Shown: one piece after another, positions 6,866-11,848 of the stretch | Layout: the number at the start of each line of letters is the position of its first letter | Numbering within the stretch: position 1 is the first letter of the stretch | Origin: Verrucomicrobiota bacterium | GTDB taxonomy: Bacteria > Verrucomicrobiota > Lentisphaeria > Lentisphaerales > Lentisphaeraceae | DNA: 11,848 nt | Assembly: GCA_039798785.1 (NCBI GenBank) | Contig: JBDKFG010000101.1 | Location: forward strand, 1-11,848 | Direction: 5' to 3' | Position numbers and translations under genes: made by a program | Notes under the pieces: model-generated | Told to the model about the DNA's origin: nothing | Seen by the model: only the letters and a program-made list of their open reading frames with translations | Database searches by the model: none

Positions 6866-8050
6866 ATGTCGAATTCATGGGATGTGGTGATTGCCGGTGC
6901 TGGCGCGGCGGGCCTGATGTGCGGCGCGGTCGCGGCACGGCGGGGACGGCGGGTCCTGGTGATCGACTCCGGCGACAAGCCCGGCCGCAAGATCCTGATT
7001 TCCGGCGGTGGCCGCTGCAACTTCACCAACACCGGCGCCGGCCCGGAAAACTACCTCTCGGGCAACCCGCGCTTCTGCGTCTCCGCCCTCAGCCGCTACA
7101 CCGCCAAGGATTTCATCGCCCTGGTCGACAAGCACCAGATCCCCTGGCACGAAAAGAAGCTCGGCCAGCTCTTCTGCGACCGCAGTGCCAAGGACATCGT
7201 CAAGATGCTGCTCGACGAGCTGAGCGCCGCCGGCGCCACCTTGTCGCTCGGCTGCGCCCTCGAGAGCGCCGAGAAGCTGCCGGAGGGCGGTTTCCGGATC
7301 CAGACGAGCCAGGGCCCCCTGGAGTGCCAGAGCCTGGTCGTCGCCACCGGCGGCCTGGCGATCCCGGAGATCAGCTCGCCGGCCAGCTACAAGCTGGCGG
7401 AGGCCTTCGGCCTGAAAGTGATCAAGCCCCGCGCCGCGCTGGTGCCCTTCACCCTGCCGCCGGAAAGCCTGGCCGACTGGAGTTCCCGCGCCGGACTGAG
7501 CTTTGACGCCGAGGTCCGGGCGAAGCGCGGCCCGGCTTTCGGCGAAGCGGTGCTCGCCACCCATCGCGGCCTCTCCGGGCCGGCGATCCTGCAGGTCTCC
7601 TCGTACTGGCAGGAAGGCGAAGAGATCACGGTGAATCTCCTGCCCGGCATTGATCTCCGCCAGGAGCTCGAAATCCGCCGCCAGAAAGATCCGCGCGGCA
7701 GTCTCCCCGAGATGCTCGCCAAATCCCTGCCGCGCCGCCTGATCGAGCTGCTGCTTGAACGCGGCCTGCCCACCCGTCAGTTCGCCCAGCTCAGCAAGGT
7801 CGAGCAGAACACCGCCTTCGAGCTTCTCCAGGGCATGCGGGTCAAACCCGGCGGCACCGAGGGCTGGCGCACCGCCGAAGTCGCGATCGGCGGCCTGGAT
7901 ACCAACGAACTCTCCTCCAAGACCTTCGAGACCAAGAAGGTCCCGGGTCTTTACTTCATCGGCGAATCGGTCGACGTCACCGGCTGGCTCGGCGGCTACA
8001 ACTTCCAATGGGCCTGGAGCTCAGCCTGGTGCTGCGGCCAGTATTGCTGA
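6866..8050 (+). CDS. HI0933/YhiN (BaiN-like) family NAD(P)/FAD-dependent oxidoreductase
   Basis: Motifs include VVIAGAGAAG (Rossmann), GRKILISGGGRCNFTN, EKKLGQLFC, LVVATGG, TH.GLSGPAILQ.SSYW and GLYFIGE.VDVTGWLGGYNFQWAWSS. The best start is ATG 6866 (MSNSWDVV) after AGGAAGG. Confidence 0.93.
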   Translation: MSNSWDVVIAGAGAAGLMCGAVAARRGRRVLVIDSGDKPGRKILISGGGRCNFTNTGAGPENYLSGNPRFCVSALSRYTAKDFIALVDKHQIPWHEKKLGQLFCDRSAKDIVKMLLDELSAAGATLSLGCALESAEKLPEGGFRIQTSQGPLECQSLVVATGGLAIPEISSPASYKLAEAFGLKVIKPRAALVPFTLPPESLADWSSRAGLSFDAEVRAKRGPAFGEAVLATHRGLSGPAILQVSSYWQEGEEITVNLLPGIDLRQELEIRRQKDPRGSLPEMLAKSLPRRLIELLLERGLPTRQFAQLSKVEQNTAFELLQGMRVKPGGTEGWRTAEVAIGGLDTNELSSKTFETKKVPGLYFIGESVDVTGWLGGYNFQWAWSSAWCCGQYC

Positions 8051-8140
8051 GTCGCCCGAGCTTTGAGTGGTGGATGCGTCCTGCAGTGCTTTGACTCCCT
8101 CCCTGACGTAATACACCTCGAAAAATGCTTAATCTCCTGC

Positions 8141-8169
8141 TTGCATCGGCTTCATACATAGGCTAAGAT
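8141..8169 (+). promoter_or_regulatory. Putative sigma70 promoter of comM/yifB
   Basis: TTGCAT (8141-8146), a 17-nt spacer, then TAAGAT (8164-8169), in an AT-rich spacer 34 nt before the ATG. GGAGGAG RBS follows. Confidence 0.6.
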
Positions 8170-8203
8170 GAAATAGCGATTAGAAGTCAGCACGGAGGAG
8201 ACT

Positions 8204-9742
8204 ATGTTTACAAAAGTCATGACTGCGGCACTTAACGGCATCAACCCCTTTGTCGTAGAGGTGGAAGTGAATGCCACCGGCCAGGGAGATCAGACATCAG
8301 TGGCGATCGTCGGTCTGCCGGATGCAGCAGTCCGCGAAAGCCGCGAACGGGTCCGTTCCGCCATCAACGGTGCCGGCTACCGATACCCCTACGGCCATTC
8401 GACTGTTTCACTTGCCCCTGCCGACGTCAAGAAGAGCGGCTCGGGATTCGATCTCCCCATCGCCCTGGCCCTGATCGCCGCCACAGGCAAGCACCTCGAA
8501 TCGTCGTCCCTGGAGGGCACCTTGGTGGTCGGGGAACTGGCCTTAGACGGCGTCATCCGCCCAATCAATGGCGCCTTGGCGATAGCGGTGCACGCCCGGG
8601 AACTCGGCTATCGGCGGCTCATCTGCCCGGCGGCAAATGCCGCCGAAGCCGCGGTCGCGGAAGGGGTCGAGGTCTACGGAGTCGAGCATCTGGCCGAGGC
8701 GGTGAAGTTCCTAGAAGGCCAGGAGCCCCTGCAGGCAGCGCACTGCGACGTCCTCGGCCTCTTCAACTCGGCGGTGGCTCGATTCGACAACGACTTCAGC
8801 AGTGTCAAGGGACATCAGATGGTCAAGCGCGGTCTCGAAGTGGCCGCAGCCGGCGGCCACAACGTCCTCCTCATCGGTCCGCCCGGCTGCGGCAAGACGC
8901 TGATGGCACGCTGCTTCGCCGGCATTCTGCCGCAACTCTGCCTCGACGAGGCGCTGAAAGTGACCCAGATCCACTCGATCGCCGGCATCCTCCCTCCAGG
9001 ACGCCCCCTGGTCACCCAGCGCCCCTTCCGGGCGCCGCACCACACCGTCAGCGACGCCGGTCTGCTGGGCGGCACCAGCAACCCCAGACCCGGTGAAATC
9101 TCCCTCGCCCATCACGGCGTCCTCTTCCTCGACGAGCTGCCGGAATACCGCCGCTCGACCCTGGAAGTGATGCGACAGCCGATGGAGGCAGGTGAGGTCA
9201 CCATCTCGCGCGCCACCGGCTCCTGCACCTTCCCCGCCAGCTTCATGCTCTTCGCCGCCATGAACCCCTGCCCCTGCGGACATTACGGCAGCAGCCTGCG
9301 TCAGTGCCGCTGCAGCTCCGATCAGGTGCAACGCTACCGCTCACGCATCTCAGGACCCCTGCTCGACCGCATCGACCTGCACCTCGAAGTCTCTCCGGTC
9401 TCCGAGGATGAGTTGGTCAAACGCCCCCTCGGAGAAAGCTCGACACAGATCCGAAGCCGGGTGGAAAAGGCGCGCGCCCGCCAACGTCAACGCTTCGGCA
9501 ACGACAGCCGCACCAACGCCACGATGAACAACGCCGCGGTCCAGGAGCACTGCCTGCTCGATGACACCGGCCAGAAGATGATGCGTCGCGCCATCTCCGA
9601 CCTCAACCTCTCCGCCCGCGCCTACGACCGGGTCCTCCGCATGTCGCGCACCATTGCCGACCTCGATGGCCAGGAGCTGATCGGCGCCCCCCACGTCGCC
9701 GAAGCGGTCAACTACCGCACTCTCGACCGCCGCCTCTGGTGA
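8204..9742 (+). CDS. comM: YifB/ComM family Mg-chelatase-like AAA+ ATPase
   Basis: 512 aa with [45 protein letters not shown], Walker [34 protein letters not shown] (Walker B), AMNPCPCG...CRC zinc motif, SGPLLDRID and [11 protein letters not shown]. Strong RBS. Confidence 0.96.
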   Translation: MFTKVMTAALNGINPFVVEVEVNATGQGDQTSVAIVGLPDAAVRESRERVRSAINGAGYRYPYGHSTVSLAPADVKKSGSGFDLPIALALIAATGKHLESSSLEGTLVVGELALDGVIRPINGALAIAVHARELGYRRLICPAANAAEAAVAEGVEVYGVEHLAEAVKFLEGQEPLQAAHCDVLGLFNSAVARFDNDFSSVKGHQMVKRGLEVAAAGGHNVLLIGPPGCGKTLMARCFAGILPQLCLDEALKVTQIHSIAGILPPGRPLVTQRPFRAPHHTVSDAGLLGGTSNPRPGEISLAHHGVLFLDELPEYRRSTLEVMRQPMEAGEVTISRATGSCTFPASFMLFAAMNPCPCGHYGSSLRQCRCSSDQVQRYRSRISGPLLDRIDLHLEVSPVSEDELVKRPLGESSTQIRSRVEKARARQRQRFGNDSRTNATMNNAAVQEHCLLDDTGQKMMRRAISDLNLSARAYDRVLRMSRTIADLDGQELIGAPHVAEAVNYRTLDRRLW

Positions 9743-9776
9743 CCACTGTCTCCCCGCATTTCTCCGTCTCCGCCTC

Positions 9777-9805
9777 TTGCGGCGTCGAGCCGGACAGCGT
9801 AAAGT
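9777..9805 (+). promoter_or_regulatory. Putative sigma70 promoter of trxB
   Basis: TTGCGG (9777-9782), a 17-nt spacer, then TAAAGT (9800-9805), about 50 nt upstream of ATG 9856. Confidence 0.4.
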
Positions 9806-9855
9806 CAGCCATGTGTCACAACTTCCACCTCATCCCGCACCCCCAAGGAGATCTC

Positions 9856-10794
9856 ATGGCCCGCAAAGTGATCATCATCGGTTCCGGCCCCGCCGGCCAC
9901 ACCGCCGCCATCTACGCCGCCCGCGCCGAACTCAAACCCCTGATGTTCGAAGGCATGTACGCCGCCGATGTCGCCGCCGGTGGCCAGCTCACCACCACCA
10001 CCGAGATCGAAAACTTCCCCGGCTACACCAGCATCGGCGGTCCCGAGCTGATGGAGAAGATGCGCGAACAGTCAATCCATAACGGTGCCGAGATCCTCAC
10101 CGAAACCGTAGACCAGGTCGACCTCTCCGTCCGCCCCTACCGCGTCCTCGCCAACGAAATCTGGCACGAAGCCGAGACCCTGATCATCGCCACCGGCGCC
10201 ACAGCCAAGCGCATGAAACTCCCCGGCGAAGATGTCTACTGGCAGAAAGGCATCAGCGCCTGCGCCGTCTGCGACGGCGGCCTGCCGATGTTCCGCAACA
10301 AGCCGATGGTCGTCGTCGGTGGCGGCGACACCGCCTGCGAAGAAGCGAACTACCTCACCAAGTACGCATCTCACGTCCACCTCGTCGTCCGACGCGACGT
10401 CATGCGCGCCTCCAAGGCGATGCAGGAACGCACCCTCAAAAACCCCAAGATCACCGTCCACTGGAACACCCTGCCTCTCGAGGCCAAAGGCAACGGCAAG
10501 TCGCTGACACACGTCGCAGTCGAAACCAAGGGCAAAGGTCAGTGGGAAATCGAGGCCGCGGGCCTGTTCTACGCCATCGGCCACACCCCCAACACCTCCT
10601 TCCTCGGCGGCCAGATCAAGCTCGACGAGAACGGCTACATCCTCACCGAGCCCGGCACCACCAAGACTTCGGTCGAGGCGGTCTTCGCCGCCGGCGACGT
10701 GCAAGACCACAAATACCGCCAGGCGATCACCTCCGCCGGCACCGGCTGCATGGCAGCCATGGACGCCGAGCACTATCTAGCCAGCCACAGCTGA
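9856..10794 (+). CDS. trxB: Thioredoxin-disulfide reductase (low-MW, NADPH-dependent)
   Basis: [10 protein letters not shown] (FAD), [15 protein letters not shown], active site [20 protein letters not shown] (NADPH), [24 protein letters not shown]. The true start is ATG 9856 after AAGGAG, not GTG 9739. Confidence 0.97.
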   Translation: MARKVIIIGSGPAGHTAAIYAARAELKPLMFEGMYAADVAAGGQLTTTTEIENFPGYTSIGGPELMEKMREQSIHNGAEILTETVDQVDLSVRPYRVLANEIWHEAETLIIATGATAKRMKLPGEDVYWQKGISACAVCDGGLPMFRNKPMVVVGGGDTACEEANYLTKYASHVHLVVRRDVMRASKAMQERTLKNPKITVHWNTLPLEAKGNGKSLTHVAVETKGKGQWEIEAAGLFYAIGHTPNTSFLGGQIKLDENGYILTEPGTTKTSVEAVFAAGDVQDHKYRQAITSAGTGCMAAMDAEHYLASHS

Positions 10795-11117
10795 TCGACC
10801 ACGCGGAACGATGTCACCTGGGCTTTCCGGAGAATGTGCCGCCGAATCTCGATCCGTTCTTCCTGCGACGGGAAGCACAGGCATTCCCTCAACTACGAGG
10901 CCTCCTTCCGGCTCTTCCTCAAGACGCCGTTCCTGCGGCTCGACAACAATCCTGCCGAGTGAGTGCAGCTTGCGCCGGGTGACGATCAACCGCAAAAACT
11001 TGCTCTTCATGGGATCCAAGGACGTCGGCACCGCTTAGCTTACGCCGCCATGCTCTCGCTGGTGCAATCTGGGTCTCAGTCCCGAGGCCTCACCTGGCTC
11101 CTCGACCAGCTCACCCG
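10795..11117 (+). pseudogene. IS66 family transposase (TnpC) C-terminal remnant, frameshifted
   Basis: Stitched translation: ...SLNYEASFRLFLKTPFLRLDNNPAE / CSLRRVTINRKNLLFMGSKDVGT / AYAAMLSLVQS..GLSPEA..TWLLDQL. This matches the IS66 TnpC signature DNN.AER.LR....RKN.LF.GS..G...A...SLV.SC...G.DP..YL. Frameshifts lie at the GAGT duplication (10957-10964) and GCTTA duplication (11033-11042). The left boundary is uncertain. Confidence 0.88.
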
Positions 11118-11585
11118 GGTGCCGTAGGAATTTCCCTGTAAAGACTCTGAGACGGGCTCAGGCTGCGTAGGAGCGGAGATCGACTTGTAGTCGGAGGGTC
11201 CCCACATCAAGGTACGCAGGTGACGGAGAGCCGTCAACTCGATGTCGGTCATTTGTACTCGTCGTCAGGCCTCGCTGACCCTGAAGAGGGTGGCGAAGAC
11301 GAGCTTGAGGCAGCTTTTCTCGCTGGTGAAGCCGGGGATGATCTTGGTGCGGCAACGTTGCTCGACGAAGCCCCGCTCAAGGTGGTTGGTTGTGCGGATG
11401 AAGCGGTGATGCCCGGCGGGAAAGCCGAGATGGACGAGGCAGGCCTCGAGGTCGTCGAGCAGGTACCTGACGGCCTCGGGATAGATTGCGGAGTACTTGG
11501 CGGCGAGGTCGTCCAGTTCGCCTGCGACCTTGCGGTTGTGAGCGTAGAAGGGAGCGCGGAACTCCGGCAGCAAGCCTCCAGATCC
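11118..11585 (-). mobile_element. Truncated IS256-family element: 3' part of the transposase plus its right terminal inverted repeat
   Basis: Transposase remnant below, plus the terminus GGTGCCGTAGGAATTTCCCTGTAAA (11118-11142). On the coding strand this reads TTTACAGGGAAATTCCTACGGCACC, resembling IS256-type ends (TTTACA...N..ACC). The 5' truncation point is approximate. Confidence 0.75.
11158..11580 (-). pseudogene. IS256 (mutator-type) transposase C-terminal fragment
   Basis: KYSAIYPEAVRYLLDDLEACLVHLGFPAGHHRFIRTTNHLERGFVEQRCRTKIIPGFTSEKSCLKLVFA matches the IS256 pattern FP..H...IRTTN.LER..E.RRRTK....F..E.S.L.L. The TGA at 11267-11265 is probably a mutated TGG, since the frame continues RRVQMTDIELTALRHLR. 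The N-terminal region is missing. Confidence 0.9.
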
Positions 11586-11603
11586 CGATCGCGGGCAAAG
11601 TGC

Positions 11604-11626
11604 TGTGGGTTGGTTTTGATGCTTAC
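11604..11626 (+). mobile_element. Probable IS66 right terminal inverted repeat
   Basis: TGTGGGTTGGTTTTGATGCTTAC; its reverse complement GTAAGCATCAAAACCAACCCACA begins with the GTAA(GC) terminus typical of IS66. Orientation fits the right end of the plus-strand tnpC remnant. Confidence 0.6.
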
Positions 11627-11715
11627 AATTGTCCACATCCTCTTCCGCCTTCCTCCCCCAAGACAAAATCGGGCTTAAGAGTTCTCAGCTTCTCAGCCAA
11701 AGGTTGAACAGCACA

Positions 11716-11743
11716 GCGGAGCTGGAGCTCCGCGCTGCGCTCC
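11716..11743 (-). repeat. Fourth REP-like palindrome
   Basis: Minus strand GGAGCGCAGCGCGGAGCTCCAGCTCCGC contains a perfect stem GCGGAGCT-CC-AGCTCCGC. Removing the 5-nt tandem duplication (GCGCT x2, 11732-11741) gives the 23-mer GGAGCGCGGAGCTCCAGCTCCGC, similar in design to the copies at 5264-5362. Confidence 0.55.
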
Positions 11744-11753
11744 TAGGAGACGC

Positions 11754-11785
11754 AAAAAAGCCCGCTGAGAATCCTCAGCGGGCTT
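11754..11785 (-). terminator. Intrinsic terminator downstream of 5S rRNA
   Basis: Stem AAGCCCGCTGAG-AATC-CTCAGCGGGCTT (11758-11785). The A run at 11754-11759 gives a U tail on the minus strand. It lies about 10 nt past the 5S 3' end. Confidence 0.88.
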
Positions 11786-11794
11786 AAAAATAAA

Positions 11795-11848
11795 GGCTGG
11801 CAGCTACCTACTCTTCCACGATCTTCACGCAGTACCATCGGCGCCAGG
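11795..11848 (-). rRNA. rrf: 5S ribosomal RNA, 3' half (truncated by window edge)
   Basis: Reverse complement CCTGGCGCCGATGGTACTGCGTGAAGATCGTGGAAGAGTAGGTAGCTGCCAGCC matches the conserved 5S segment CGCCGATGGTA.TG...GAGTAGG.....GCCAG. Confidence 0.95.

Noticed and set aside
9739..9855. 39-aa N-terminal extension of TrxB overlapping the comM stop
   Set aside because: TrxB homology begins at [17 protein letters not shown] precedes ATG 9856, and a candidate promoter lies within the supposed extension.
10792..10963. The trxB TGA is followed in frame by about 55 sense codons that run into the IS66 fragment, suggesting selenocysteine or readthrough
   Set aside because: TrxB is already complete at the stop, low-MW TrxR has no C-terminal Sec motif, I see no convincing SECIS hairpin, and the extension is decayed transposase. 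A shared frame is a 1-in-3 coincidence.
11265..11666. 133-aa ORF as a functional transposase
   Set aside because: It covers only the C-terminal part of an IS256 transposase. Its first ~28 residues come from unrelated DNA, including the probable IS66 end, and it stops at a likely nonsense codon.

Overview
High-GC bacterial chromosomal window, probably from the PVC superphylum (Lentisphaerae/Verrucomicrobia-like). That assignment is inferred from gene types and repeat styles and is not proven. The minus strand carries gcvT (own promoter and terminator), a ~1400-aa fused GH13 + amylo-alpha-1,6-glucosidase glycogen debranching enzyme, two small lower-GC genes translationally coupled behind it (one DUF2185/Imm33-like, one unknown), and the 5' part of a membrane-anchored hypothetical gene that runs off the left edge. 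The plus strand carries an HI0933/YhiN flavoprotein, a ComM/YifB AAA+ ATPase and thioredoxin reductase TrxB. After trxB lies a decayed nested insertion: an IS66 tnpC remnant with a probable right inverted repeat, interrupted by a truncated, oppositely oriented IS256 element. The window ends at the terminator and 3' half of a minus-strand 5S rRNA. The intergenic DNA holds two repeat classes: four ~23-nt REP-like hairpins, and a cluster of purine-rich triple-unit repeats in inverted arrangement. I found no complete novel multi-gene system. The best leads are the two repeat families, the low-GC coupled cassette and the nested IS scar.
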